Assembly: GCA_002937855.1 (NCBI GenBank)
Contig: PTKS01000003.1
Coordinates: 134,433-198,432 of the forward strand
DNA length: 64,000 bases
Reading direction: 5' to 3'
Source of the DNA: Alphaproteobacteria bacterium MarineAlpha5_Bin12
Lineage (GTDB): Bacteria > Pseudomonadota > Alphaproteobacteria > HIMB59 > GCA-002718135
The translations under genes were made by a program, and so were the position numbers. Position 1 is the stretch's first letter, and the number at the start of each line of letters is the position of its first letter. The notes under the pieces were generated by a model. It saw only the letters and a program-made list of their open reading frames with translations, was not told the DNA's origin and ran no database searches. This document shows positions 31,443-41,233 of this stretch, piece after piece.

Positions 31443-32336
31443 CTAATTTAAGAAAATAAAACTAGCACCAATTATTGCGATAAAAGATCCTATCCAGGCA
31501 CCAATTTTCGGTACTTTTTTTGTTAATATCCAAATCATAAATAAAATCATTATTGGACTAGTCGATGATAAAGTAACTACAATACCAGCGTCTCCTTTTT
31601 TTAAAGCAATTAATAATAAACTCATTCCTAACGCCATACCTAAAAATCCACTTAAAATGATTTTAAGAAATAAATTTAAACTTATTTTTGTTTTATTTTC
31701 AAAAATTTTATGAGGAAAAAAATAAGTTAGACCAAGTGCAAAAGCTGATATTGCTGTTCTAATTGTTGCAGAAGCAATTGGATCTGCTCCATTATCTAAA
31801 ATAGGTTTCATTATTACTATTCCTATAGCTTGGCACAAGGCGGCTAGAATACCAAAAAAAATTCCAATTTTAATGGAACCCTCAATTTTTTCCCATCTAT
31901 GGAGATTATCTTTACTTGAACCATATGCAATAGCTATTATCACTCCTATAAAAACTACCAGGCATCCTATAATTTCTATTATTTGCATTTTTTGACTTAA
32001 AACAAAAATATTTAAAAAAACTGTAAAGGGTGCAGCTAATGAAAAAAGAATATTATTTCTTCTCGGCCCAATTGTTTTTAATGCTGAAAATAAAAGTGTG
32101 TCTCCTAAAAAAATTCCAATAAAACCTGAAATTATTATAGGGAATAAAAATTCATTTTCTATAGAAGTAAAACCATCATTTAATATAGTAAAAATTAGTA
32201 ACATTATTGTAACAACAATTAGCCTAATTCTATTAAATGATATTTCTCCAATAATTCTTGTGATATCAACTGAAATTAAAGATGCTAAAGACCATGAAAA
32301 AGCAGCTGCAAGAGCCAATGTATAAGCTGTAAGCAT
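31443..32336 (-). CDS. DMT-superfamily (EamA) transporter
   Basis: 297 aa with about 10 TM helices. Confidence 0.8.
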   Translation of the reverse strand: MLTAYTLALAAAFSWSLASLISVDITRIIGEISFNRIRLIVVTIMLLIFTILNDGFTSIENEFLFPIIISGFIGIFLGDTLLFSALKTIGPRRNNILFSLAAPFTVFLNIFVLSQKMQIIEIIGCLVVFIGVIIAIAYGSSKDNLHRWEKIEGSIKIGIFFGILAALCQAIGIVIMKPILDNGADPIASATIRTAISAFALGLTYFFPHKIFENKTKISLNLFLKIILSGFLGMALGMSLLLIALKKGDAGIVVTLSSTSPIMILFMIWILTKKVPKIGAWIGSFIAIIGASFIFLN

Positions 32337-32344
32337 TTATTTTA

Positions 32345-32521
32345 TTAAAAAATAGAAGTGATAAAATCTACAGGTACGATAAGTAAATCACCTAAAGGTG
32401 AAGATTTAATCAATCCAATGTATCTGAATAGTCCATAAATTATTAAAATCCAAAGATATAAACCAAATAAATAATTCAAATATTTGACTATATCCTTAAA
32501 TTTTTGATAATAAAAAGGCAT
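32345..32521 (-). CDS. Possible unannotated 58-aa single-pass membrane protein
   Basis: Hand translation of the minus strand gives MPFYYQKFKDIVKYLNYLFGLYLWILIIYGLFRYIGLIKSSPLGDLLIVPVDFITSIF*. It is below the ORF-track size cutoff. There is no obvious SD, and its start lies only 7 nt from the divergent alkA-like start, so the call is weak. Confidence 0.2.
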   Translation of the reverse strand: MPFYYQKFKDIVKYLNYLFGLYLWILIIYGLFRYIGLIKSSPLGDLLIVPVDFITSIF

Positions 32522-32528
32522 ATTTAAA

Positions 32529-33155
32529 ATGTTAAAGAAAAAACTTCATTATTGGAATAAGGCATTAATACATCTTAAACAAAAAGACAAGATTCTAGCA
32601 AAAATTATTTTACATCATAAAAGTGATTATTTGTTAATAAGTAACGATAAATATACTAGTTTACTAAGAGCTATTATAGGTCAACAAATTTCAGTTAAAG
32701 CAGCTCACTCTATATGGCTAAAATTTTACAAAAAATATAATAAAATTACCCCAAAAAAAATTGCTGATGAAAAAAATCACAATTTAAAAAAATTAGGTTT
32801 ATCAAGGCAAAAAGTTTTATATGTAAAAAATATTTCGTATTATTTCTTAGAAAATAAAAAAAGAATAAAAAATTGGCAACAATTATCTGATGAAGAAGTT
32901 ATCCAAGATTTAATTACAATTAAAGGAATTGGAATTTGGACTGCTGAAATGTTCTTAATGTTTAGTTTAGGAAGACCAAATATTTTTCCAATAAAAGATT
33001 TGGGATTTTTGAAAGCTATATCTATTAATTATAATAAATCACTCCCATTGAATAAGAAATTTTTAGATAAACTTAAGAAAAAATGGGACCCATGGTGTTC
33101 TGTTGCTACTTGGTATCTCTGGAGAAGTATTGATCCTATTCCGGTAAATTATTAA
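32529..33155 (+). CDS. DNA-3-methyladenine glycosylase II-like (HhH-GPD family)
   Basis: 208 aa. Helix-hairpin-helix IKGIGIWTAEMFLMF followed by a conserved Asp (IKDLG). Confidence 0.8.
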   Translation: MLKKKLHYWNKALIHLKQKDKILAKIILHHKSDYLLISNDKYTSLLRAIIGQQISVKAAHSIWLKFYKKYNKITPKKIADEKNHNLKKLGLSRQKVLYVKNISYYFLENKKRIKNWQQLSDEEVIQDLITIKGIGIWTAEMFLMFSLGRPNIFPIKDLGFLKAISINYNKSLPLNKKFLDKLKKKWDPWCSVATWYLWRSIDPIPVNY

Positions 33156-34365
33156 TCTTAGAGCCTTGATCAATCCAAATAGATATTTGTTTTCTTTCAT
33201 TCTCTGTCATTCCTGTTAAATTTCCTGGCGGCATAACATCTGAGTCAATAGATTGAGATTTAATTTGATCAATATTATTTATGATATCTTCTTTTGTTTC
33301 AAAAACTACGCCTAATGGAGCTGCATCAAATCCTTCAAATGTAGGATTATATGCATGACAAACTCCACATCTGTATTTAATAATATTTTCAATTTCAGAA
33401 AATGACACTTCTTCAAATGAATTAGTCTCATTATAGTTTTTGGTGATAACTTTTGGAATGGAGGTATAAAGCATCACTGATATCATTCCTAAAGCTGCTA
33501 TTGGTAATATCCATTTTTTATGTTGTCGTTTATTTCTTAAATTAAAATAATGTCTTACTAATGCGCCTATAATTGAAATGATAGCTAAGATTGCCCAATT
33601 GTATTTATGGCCATATGTAAAAGGATAGTGAGAACTTATCATAATAAAAAGGACAGGAAGAGTAATATAATTATTATGTATAGATCTTTGTTTTGCACTA
33701 ATTCCTTTCTTTAGATCTGGTTGTTTATTATTAATAGCGGCATTAACCATTTCTTTTTGAGAAGGAATGATAACTCTAAAAACATTAGCAGCCATAATAG
33801 TGCCTAAACCTGCACCAACATGAATATATGCAGCTCTAGCTCCATATATATTGGTTAATGCGAATGCGATGATTACTGTAATTACAAAACAGATAATAGT
33901 AAATAAAAATGAATTATCTATAAGTTTTGACTTGCATAGAAAATCATATAAAAACCATGAACTGATAAGAAAAAAAATTGAAATAAATATTGCTAAAAAA
34001 GGAGAAATATTATTAATATTTTTATCAATCATTAAACTTTCTGCATTAAAATAATAAACAATAATTAAAAGCACAAAACCACTTATCCATGTTGCATATG
34101 CTTCCCATTTAAACCAATGAAGTTCTTTTGGAAATTCTTTTGGAGGTCCTTTAAGTTTATTTATATTGTAAAAACCTCCTGAATGAACTGACCATAATTC
34201 ACCCTCGACATCATCTTTTTTAATATTTCTATCAAGCCTACTGTCTAGCCAATTAAAGTAAAATGATGTGCCAATCCATGCAATACCAACTATGATGTGT
34301 ATCCATCTGGTAATTAAATCTAACCAATCAATTATATAAGGAGTCAAAGAAATAAAAAAATCCAT
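33136..34365 (-). CDS. puuD: Membrane-bound cytochrome c urate hydroxylase (PuuD type)
   Basis: 409 aa. Polytopic N-terminal domain plus a C-terminal c-type heme motif CGVCHA with a downstream MPPGN. Sits at the head of a purine-catabolic operon. Confidence 0.8.
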   Translation of the reverse strand: MDFFISLTPYIIDWLDLITRWIHIIVGIAWIGTSFYFNWLDSRLDRNIKKDDVEGELWSVHSGGFYNINKLKGPPKEFPKELHWFKWEAYATWISGFVLLIIVYYFNAESLMIDKNINNISPFLAIFISIFFLISSWFLYDFLCKSKLIDNSFLFTIICFVITVIIAFALTNIYGARAAYIHVGAGLGTIMAANVFRVIIPSQKEMVNAAINNKQPDLKKGISAKQRSIHNNYITLPVLFIMISSHYPFTYGHKYNWAILAIISIIGALVRHYFNLRNKRQHKKWILPIAALGMISVMLYTSIPKVITKNYNETNSFEEVSFSEIENIIKYRCGVCHAYNPTFEGFDAAPLGVVFETKEDIINNIDQIKSQSIDSDVMPPGNLTGMTENERKQISIWIDQGSKINNLPE

Positions 34366-34838
34366 TAATATTCTATTTTATCTGTTTTATTATCCCACAT
34401 TGTAAATGCTTTCATAGCTTCTTTTTCCATTTTTTGTATTATTGGGATTTTTCTAGACTTATATTCTTTATTAAATTCTTCATAAATAAAATTGTCATCA
34501 AATCCTATATCAGAAGCATCTTGTCTTGTATTTCCATAAAAAATCATATCAATATGAGACCAATAAATGGCACTTAAGCACATAGGGCAGGGTTCACAAC
34601 TTGTATATAGTTCAGTACCTTTTAAATTGAATGTTTTCAATACTTTACAAGCATTTCTTATAGCTACTATTTCACCATGTGCAGTGGGGTCATTAGTAGA
34701 AGTAACTTGATTATGACCTTCTGAAATTATTTTGTTATTTTTGACAATTACACAACCAAAGGGTCCGCCAGAATTTCCTACACTTTTAATTGATAATTCA
34801 ATCGTATGTTTCATAAATTTTTCAGAAAATTTTGTCAT
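34365..34838 (-). CDS. guaD: Guanine deaminase (CDA-fold, GuaD type)
   Basis: 157 aa. Near-colinear with B. subtilis GuaD as I recall it: GGPFGCVIV, NDPTAHGEIVAIRNACKVL, YTSCEPCPMCLSAIYW and GFDDNFIYEE. Confidence 0.88.
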   Translation of the reverse strand: MTKFSEKFMKHTIELSIKSVGNSGGPFGCVIVKNNKIISEGHNQVTSTNDPTAHGEIVAIRNACKVLKTFNLKGTELYTSCEPCPMCLSAIYWSHIDMIFYGNTRQDASDIGFDDNFIYEEFNKEYKSRKIPIIQKMEKEAMKAFTMWDNKTDKIEY

Positions 34839-34840
34839 AT

Positions 34841-35689
34841 CTATGCCTTAACCAATTTTAATTGTCTTTCTTCTTTTTTTATTATTAATGTTTTAACTTC
34901 TAATAATCTTGCAATAATTGAAATTGCTATTACATCAGGTTCTTTTCCATCAATACTATCTATACCAATAGGACATTCCATTTTATTAATCAAATTCTCC
35001 TTAAAACCAGAATCTTTTAATCTTTTTCTAAATTTTATTTTTTTTGTTTGTGAACCAATTAGTCCAAAAAAATTAAAATTATTTTTTTTAAGAATATTTG
35101 AACATATATCAAAATCCAATTTATGACTATGAGTTAAAACAATAAAATATGATTCAGAAGGTGAATTTTGGATAATTATTTCAGGATTTTTTGCTAAAAC
35201 TTTATTTGCATATTGATATTTAATTTTCTTCAAATATTCTTCTCTTGAATCAATAACAAATATATTAAAACCTACACCATCTAATTTATTAGTTAAAGCA
35301 TTTGATACATGGCCTGCGCCAAATATATATAAATTTTGATTTTGATTAATTATTTCATTTTTAAGATCAAATTTTTCTAGTAATTTCAAACCATTATCAA
35401 ATTTTATTAATTTAACCTTAATATATCCGCCGCAGCATTGTCCCAAAGAAGGTCCTAGTGAGTATTGAAAAGTGTCATTATATTTATCTTTAATTTTTAA
35501 TAACTTTAATGATTCTTTTGTTACTCTAAATTCAAATTCTCCTCCACCTATAGTTCCAAATTGATTTTCAGAGGATATAACCATAAAAACATTTTTTTCT
35601 CTAGGAACTGATCCTTTTGTATCAATAATTTTAGCTAAAATTATACTTGAATTAATTTTTTGTATATTCTTTATATCACTTAATTTCAT
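34841..35689 (-). CDS. xdhC: Xanthine dehydrogenase accessory protein XdhC
   Basis: 282 aa. XdhC/CoxI N-terminal domain plus a Rossmann IFGAGHV. Overlaps xdhB. Confidence 0.8.
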   Translation of the reverse strand: MKLSDIKNIQKINSSIILAKIIDTKGSVPREKNVFMVISSENQFGTIGGGEFEFRVTKESLKLLKIKDKYNDTFQYSLGPSLGQCCGGYIKVKLIKFDNGLKLLEKFDLKNEIINQNQNLYIFGAGHVSNALTNKLDGVGFNIFVIDSREEYLKKIKYQYANKVLAKNPEIIIQNSPSESYFIVLTHSHKLDFDICSNILKKNNFNFFGLIGSQTKKIKFRKRLKDSGFKENLINKMECPIGIDSIDGKEPDVIAISIIARLLEVKTLIIKKEERQLKLVKA

Positions 35690-37991
35690 TATTTTTTTCT
35701 TTCATATTTTCAATTGCCATCAAGATTTTTTCTGGTGTAGCTGGAGCATCTAATTGTATATAATTTTTGTTTTCTGAAATATTTGAAATTGCATTTTTAA
35801 TTGCAAAAAAATTAGACATTGCAAGCATTAAAGGAGGTTCACCAGTAGTTTTAGATTTATTTACAACATCTTCTTTATTTATACCTTCTTTAAAAATATT
35901 AACATTAAATTTGTTAGGCATATCGCTAACTGACGGTATTTTATATGTAGAAGGGGAATGAGTTGTTAATTTTCCAATTGAATTCCAATTAACTTCCTCA
36001 ATTGTTAGCCATCCACTACCTTGAATAAATCCACCTTCAATTTGACCAAAATCTATTGCTTCATTAATTGATTTTCCGACATCTTGAAGAATATCAACTT
36101 GAAGTAATTTATTTTCTCCAGTTAAAGTATCTACTATCACTTCAGAAACAGAAGCTCCATAAGCAAAATAGTAAAATGGCCTACCTTTAAAATTTTTTTT
36201 ATCAAAAAATATTTTTGGAGTTTTATAAAATCCAGATGAAGAAAGATGAACTCTATTTAAATATGCTTCCATTATTAAATCTTTAAAGTTAAATTCTTTA
36301 TTTTTAAATTTAACTTTTCCATTAATATAAACAACATTTTCAATATTAATTTTATATTTATTTTTAACATAATTATTTATATTTTCTTTTATTTTATCAA
36401 TTGCATTCAGGACAGCTGCACCATTCAAATCAGTTGTTGCGGATGCTGCTGATGCAGATGTATTGGGAACTTTATCAGTTCTAGTTGAGGTTATTTTAAT
36501 TTTATTAAATTTCAATCCCAATCTATCGGCAGCTAATTGTGCAATTTTTGTATGAGTGCCTTGACCCATTTCAATTCCACCATGATTTAAATGCACACTC
36601 CCATCATTGTAAATATGCACTAATGAACCTGCCTGATTTAAAAAGGTAGTAGTAAATGAAATTCCAAATTTTACAGGTGTAATTGCAATTCCTTTTTTTA
36701 AATATTTACTTTTAGAATTAAATCTTTTAATTTTTTTATATCTTTCATTGTAATTTGATGATTTTAATAACTGATCAAATAATTCATTAATGACATTATC
36801 TTCTATCTTCATATCGTAATGAGTTATATTGTTATGATTTTTTTGATAAAAATTATTTTTTCTAACAAAGTGTGTTTCAACACCCAAATATAAACTTATG
36901 TCATTAATAATATTTTCTATACTCATCATACCCTGAGGACCACCAAATCCTCTAAAAGCAGTGTTTGATGCAGTATTTGTTTTACATAAATAATTAGTTA
37001 TCGATATATTTGGTAAATAATATGTATTATCTAAATGAAATAATGCCCTATCATTTATTGCGAGAGATAAGTCTGTTGAAAAACCACATCTAGATGCTAT
37101 TTTTATAATTAATCCTTCTATGATACCTTTATCATTGAATCCAACTTCATATTCTGAAAAAAAATCATGTCTTTTACCGGTAATTATTATATCATCATCT
37201 CTATCCATCCTTATTTTTACAGGTTTTTTGGACTTATATGATAGTAAAGTACTAATAGCTGCAAATATAAATGATTGAGTTTCTTTTCCTCCAAAACCCC
37301 CTCCAATTCTTCTAACATCTACAGTAATACTATTATCTAGTTGATTTAACATTTTTGCTAATATTTTTTGAGTTTCAGATGGATGTTGAGTTGATGAATA
37401 AATTAGATAATCATTCTCCTCAATAGGAATAGCCATAGCTACTTGTCCTTCTAAGTAGAAATGTTCCTGACTACCCGTACTAAAATTATTTTTTAAATAA
37501 TTTTTAGAATTTTTTATTGATAAAAGGGGTTTTCCTTTAATTATTTTTTTTGGTTTTGATATATAATTTTTATTTTTTAAAGCTTCTTGAATTGTAATTA
37601 TTGGTTTTAATTCTTTATAATCAACTTTAGCTTTTGAAATAGCTTTTCTAGCTTGTTCATTAGTTTTTGCCGCTACTGCAAACAATGGTTGTCCATAGTA
37701 TTCAGCAATTTTTTTTGGAAATATTGGATCACCAGGTAAAACAGGTCCTACATCATTTATCCCTGGTATGTCATTTATTGTTACAACAGAAACGACACCG
37801 TCACTCTTTATGACTTCACTTAAGTCAATCTTTTTTATAATTGCATGAGCACATTTGCTATATCCTATTGCACCAAAAAGTAATCCTTCTGGTTCTAAAA
37901 GATCATCAGTATAATTTGCAGATCCAGCAACATGTTTTTCTCCACTTTCATGAGATTTAGATTCATGAATTATTTTATTATTAATATTCAT
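35676..37991 (-). CDS. xdhB: Xanthine dehydrogenase molybdopterin-binding subunit
   Basis: 771 aa. Aldehyde oxidase/XDH a/b-hammerhead plus Moco domains (RRIGGGFGGKE, AFRGFGGPQG). Confidence 0.93.
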   Translation of the reverse strand: MNINNKIIHESKSHESGEKHVAGSANYTDDLLEPEGLLFGAIGYSKCAHAIIKKIDLSEVIKSDGVVSVVTINDIPGINDVGPVLPGDPIFPKKIAEYYGQPLFAVAAKTNEQARKAISKAKVDYKELKPIITIQEALKNKNYISKPKKIIKGKPLLSIKNSKNYLKNNFSTGSQEHFYLEGQVAMAIPIEENDYLIYSSTQHPSETQKILAKMLNQLDNSITVDVRRIGGGFGGKETQSFIFAAISTLLSYKSKKPVKIRMDRDDDIIITGKRHDFFSEYEVGFNDKGIIEGLIIKIASRCGFSTDLSLAINDRALFHLDNTYYLPNISITNYLCKTNTASNTAFRGFGGPQGMMSIENIINDISLYLGVETHFVRKNNFYQKNHNNITHYDMKIEDNVINELFDQLLKSSNYNERYKKIKRFNSKSKYLKKGIAITPVKFGISFTTTFLNQAGSLVHIYNDGSVHLNHGGIEMGQGTHTKIAQLAADRLGLKFNKIKITSTRTDKVPNTSASAASATTDLNGAAVLNAIDKIKENINNYVKNKYKINIENVVYINGKVKFKNKEFNFKDLIMEAYLNRVHLSSSGFYKTPKIFFDKKNFKGRPFYYFAYGASVSEVIVDTLTGENKLLQVDILQDVGKSINEAIDFGQIEGGFIQGSGWLTIEEVNWNSIGKLTTHSPSTYKIPSVSDMPNKFNVNIFKEGINKEDVVNKSKTTGEPPLMLAMSNFFAIKNAISNISENKNYIQLDAPATPEKILMAIENMKEKNNEIK

Positions 37992-39453
37992 TTATTCTAT
38001 AATTGTTGTTATCTTTAATTTCTAAAAAACACTTCATTAATAAATTTTTTGCTATTTTCATTCGATATTTAGAACTAGATCTAGCATCACTTATAGGATT
38101 GTAATCTTTTTCTAATTTTTTAATTGCTAAATTTATTGAACTTTCAGATAAAGTTTTATTTTTTAATGAATTTTCACAATTTATTGCTCTTTTAGGAATT
38201 TCATCCATCCCACCATACGCTATGAAAATGTTGTTTATTATATCATTTTTCATTTCAATATTAAATGAACCACAGACTGATGAAATATCATCATCAATTC
38301 TTTTAGAAATTTTATAAGCTTTAAAAATATTTTTATTTAATAATGGAATTATTATTGATCTTATAAATTCATTTTTTTTGAGAATAGTTTTTCTGTAACT
38401 AATAAAAAATTTATTTAGGGGTACAGTTTTTTTATTTTTTTTACTCTCTATTATGATTCTTGCATTGAGTGAAAGTAGTAAAGGTAAGGTATCTCCAATA
38501 GGTGATGCTGTAGCAATATTTCCTCCTATTGTTGCAACATTTCTTATTTGAACTGACCCATATCTTAATAAAATTTCATAAAAATCATTGTAATATCTTT
38601 TTATAATTTTTTGAAAATCAATTAAAGGTGTTGCTGAGCCTATTTCAATAAAATTTTTATTTATTTTAAAAAAATTTAACTCTTTGATTGAGCTAATTGA
38701 TATTATGGATGTTAAAGTCTTTAATTCTTTCGTAATTTTAAGTGCAACATCAGTTCCTCCAGATATTATTTCTGAATTTGGATTATTTTCTAAAATCTTT
38801 CTTAATTCACTTACATTAGTTGGTGAAAAAAATTTTTTATTTTTATATTCACTTAACAAATATTTTTTAGTTTTTTTCATAAGCTTAAATAATTTAATTG
38901 TTTTTTGATTATTTAATGAAAAATGGTCTGAATTATTAATCTTATTTAAATTTTTAGCAGCATTGATAATTGGTTTATATCCTGTACATCTACATAAATT
39001 ACCTGCAATTGAATCATTAATTATTTTGTCATCATAATTTTTATGGTTTTTAAACATAGAAAACAAAGACATAACAAATCCTGGAGTACAAAATCCACAT
39101 TGAGAACCATGAAACTTAACCATGGATTTTTGAACAGGGTGTAATTTATTGTTATAAATTAAATCTTCTACTAATATTAATTGTTTACCATTTAATGATG
39201 GAAGTAGCATTATACATGAATTAACAGCTTTATAAATTATTTTATTTTTCTTTAAGTCACCTAACACTACAGTACATGCCCCACAGCCACCTTCTGAGCA
39301 ACCTTCTTTAGTTCCAGTTTTTTTTAGTTTAGTTCTTATATAATTTAAAAGAGTTTCATTGCTGTCAACTTCATCAATTTTAATAATTTTATTATTCCTA
39401 ATGAATCTGATTTTTTGAGGCATCAACTTCCTCTGTAAGTTGAATAACTCCAA
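37981..39453 (-). CDS. xdhA: Xanthine dehydrogenase small subunit (2x[2Fe-2S] + FAD)
   Basis: 490 aa. Motifs CSEGGCGACTV, CGFCTPG and CRCTGY, followed by an FAD-binding domain (GGTDV). Confidence 0.93.
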   Translation of the reverse strand: MELFNLQRKLMPQKIRFIRNNKIIKIDEVDSNETLLNYIRTKLKKTGTKEGCSEGGCGACTVVLGDLKKNKIIYKAVNSCIMLLPSLNGKQLILVEDLIYNNKLHPVQKSMVKFHGSQCGFCTPGFVMSLFSMFKNHKNYDDKIINDSIAGNLCRCTGYKPIINAAKNLNKINNSDHFSLNNQKTIKLFKLMKKTKKYLLSEYKNKKFFSPTNVSELRKILENNPNSEIISGGTDVALKITKELKTLTSIISISSIKELNFFKINKNFIEIGSATPLIDFQKIIKRYYNDFYEILLRYGSVQIRNVATIGGNIATASPIGDTLPLLLSLNARIIIESKKNKKTVPLNKFFISYRKTILKKNEFIRSIIIPLLNKNIFKAYKISKRIDDDISSVCGSFNIEMKNDIINNIFIAYGGMDEIPKRAINCENSLKNKTLSESSINLAIKKLEKDYNPISDARSSSKYRMKIAKNLLMKCFLEIKDNNNYRINEY

Positions 39454-39776
39454 GGTGATACTAATAATGGAACATGATAATGTTCTTTGTTATTTGCAAT
39501 TCCAAATTTAACAGAAACTTCATTTAGAAAAGGAGGATTTGGAAGCTTAATTATTTTATTAAAATAATCTCCAATATTAAAAATTAATTCATATTCACCA
39601 ATAACAAAATTTTCACCATCCAATAGAGGTGTATCTGAACGACCGTCACTGTTTAAAATAAAAGTATTAATTTTAACACTTTTGCTTGAAATACTGTGAA
39701 GATCTACTTTTACGCCTGCGCCAGGTCTCCCAGAATATGTATCTAATACGTGAGTTGTTAAAAAACCCTGTTTCAT
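39423..39776 (-). CDS. uraH: 5-hydroxyisourate hydrolase (transthyretin-like)
   Basis: 117 aa. N-terminal LTTHVLD and the diagnostic C-terminal YRGS. 31-nt overlap with xdhA. Confidence 0.9.
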   Translation of the reverse strand: MKQGFLTTHVLDTYSGRPGAGVKVDLHSISSKSVKINTFILNSDGRSDTPLLDGENFVIGEYELIFNIGDYFNKIIKLPNPPFLNEVSVKFGIANNKEHYHVPLLVSPWSYSTYRGS

Positions 39777-39805
39777 AAAATCTATATATATTATAGAATA
39801 GAATC

Positions 39806-39819
39806 AATAAATATTTATT
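39806..39819. promoter_or_regulatory. Perfect 14-bp palindrome AATAAATATTTATT in the divergent uraH / puuE promoter spacer (candidate operator)
   Basis: Verified by hand as its own reverse complement. It lies 10 nt upstream of the puuE ATG in the 52-bp spacer. AT-only palindromes are expected by chance at this composition. Confidence 0.2.
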
Positions 39820-39828
39820 AATAAAATT

Positions 39829-40737
39829 ATGTCAGATTATCCTCGTAATATGATTGGTTATGGATCTAAAACACCTATAATTAAGTGGCCTAACAATGCT
39901 AGATTAGCATTACAAATAGTATTAAACTATGAAGAAGGGGCAGAAAATAATATTTTACATGGAGATGATTCTTCCGAATCATTTTTATCTGAAATTATTG
40001 GGGCCCAACCAATTAAAGGTGATAGAAATATCAGTATGGAATCAATATATGAATATGGTTCTAGAAGAGGTTTTTGGAGGTTATATGATATTTTTACAAA
40101 AAAATTTAATATTCCTATAACTATTTTTGGAGTTGCTATGGCATTAAAAAGAAATAATGAAATTTGTGAAGCCATTAAAGAATCAAATTTCGAAATTGCT
40201 TGTCATGGATGGAGATGGATAGACTATCAAAATATAAGTAAATCTCAAGAAAAAGAACATATGGATTTAGCAATAAAAACAATTGAAGATATTTTTGGAA
40301 AAAAGCCATTAGGTTGGTACACAGGAAGATGTAGTGTTAATACCAGAGATCTAGTAATAGAAAATGGTGGATTTTTATATGATAGCGACTCATATAGTGA
40401 TGATTTGCCTTATTGGATAGGTACCAAAGAAAAAAAACATCTTATAATTCCATATACTCTTGATAATAATGATATGCGTTTTGCAACAAATCAGGGATTT
40501 AATTCAGGAAATGATTTTTTTAATTATTTAAAAGATAGCTTTGATGTTTTATACGAAGAAGGAAAAAAATCTCCTAAAATGATGTCAGTTGGACTTCATT
40601 GCCGTTTGATCGGAAGGCCGGGTCGAATTAATTCACTAATAAAATTTTTAGATTATGTTTTAAATCACGAAAATGTTTGGATATGTAAAAGAATTGATAT
40701 TGCTAATCACTGGATTAAAAATTATGCAAATAATTAA
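39829..40737 (+). CDS. puuE: Allantoinase, PuuE type (polysaccharide deacetylase fold)
   Basis: 302 aa. YPRNMIGYG ... LNYEEGAENNILHGD ... CHGWRW pattern typical of PuuE. Confidence 0.88.
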   Translation: MSDYPRNMIGYGSKTPIIKWPNNARLALQIVLNYEEGAENNILHGDDSSESFLSEIIGAQPIKGDRNISMESIYEYGSRRGFWRLYDIFTKKFNIPITIFGVAMALKRNNEICEAIKESNFEIACHGWRWIDYQNISKSQEKEHMDLAIKTIEDIFGKKPLGWYTGRCSVNTRDLVIENGGFLYDSDSYSDDLPYWIGTKEKKHLIIPYTLDNNDMRFATNQGFNSGNDFFNYLKDSFDVLYEEGKKSPKMMSVGLHCRLIGRPGRINSLIKFLDYVLNHENVWICKRIDIANHWIKNYANN

Positions 40738-41233
40738 TCAATTAAAAAGAAAAGAATTTATAGAAATTTTTGGTAACATTTTTGAAGGCTCTAAGTGGAT
40801 AGCAAATCAAAGTTATAAAAAAAAACCATTTAAAGATTATAAAGAATTAAAAAAAGAAATGATTAGTATTTTTAAAAAAGCGGAAAAAAAAACTAAAATA
40901 AAAATACTATTAAAACATCCGGACTTGGCTAATAAAATTAAGATAAAAAAACTTGAAAAATTTTCAAAAAATGAACAAATAATGTCTGAGTTACACAAAT
41001 GTACGAAGGAAGAATATTTTGAATTTAATGAATTAAACTCAAAATACAAAAAAAAATTTGGATTCCCTTTCATTTTAGCCGTTGCTGGCAAAAAAAAAGT
41101 TCAAATTCTGAAAATATTTAGGAAAAGAATCTTATATTCTAAAAGAAATGAATTCAATCAAGCTATAAAAGAAGTTATTAAAATAGCTTTATTTAGATTA
41201 GATCATTTAAATAAGAAACAAATAATAAAGTAA
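40724..41233 (+). CDS. uraD: 2-oxo-4-hydroxy-4-carboxy-5-ureidoimidazoline (OHCU) decarboxylase
   Basis: About 169 aa from the Met at 40724 (MQIINQLKRKEFIEIFGNIFEGSKWIA...), with HPDLA and FPFILAV motifs. The ORF-track start at 40673 would add 17 aa lying inside puuE. Confidence 0.8.
   Translation: MQIINQLKRKEFIEIFGNIFEGSKWIANQSYKKKPFKDYKELKKEMISIFKKAEKKTKIKILLKHPDLANKIKIKKLEKFSKNEQIMSELHKCTKEEYFEFNELNSKYKKKFGFPFILAVAGKKKVQILKIFRKRILYSKRNEFNQAIKEVIKIALFRLDHLNKKQIIK

Noticed and set aside
40673-40723. ORF-track start of the OHCU decarboxylase at 40673
   Set aside because: It would add 17 aa encoded entirely inside puuE. The Met at 40724 yields the typical N-terminus and length for this family.
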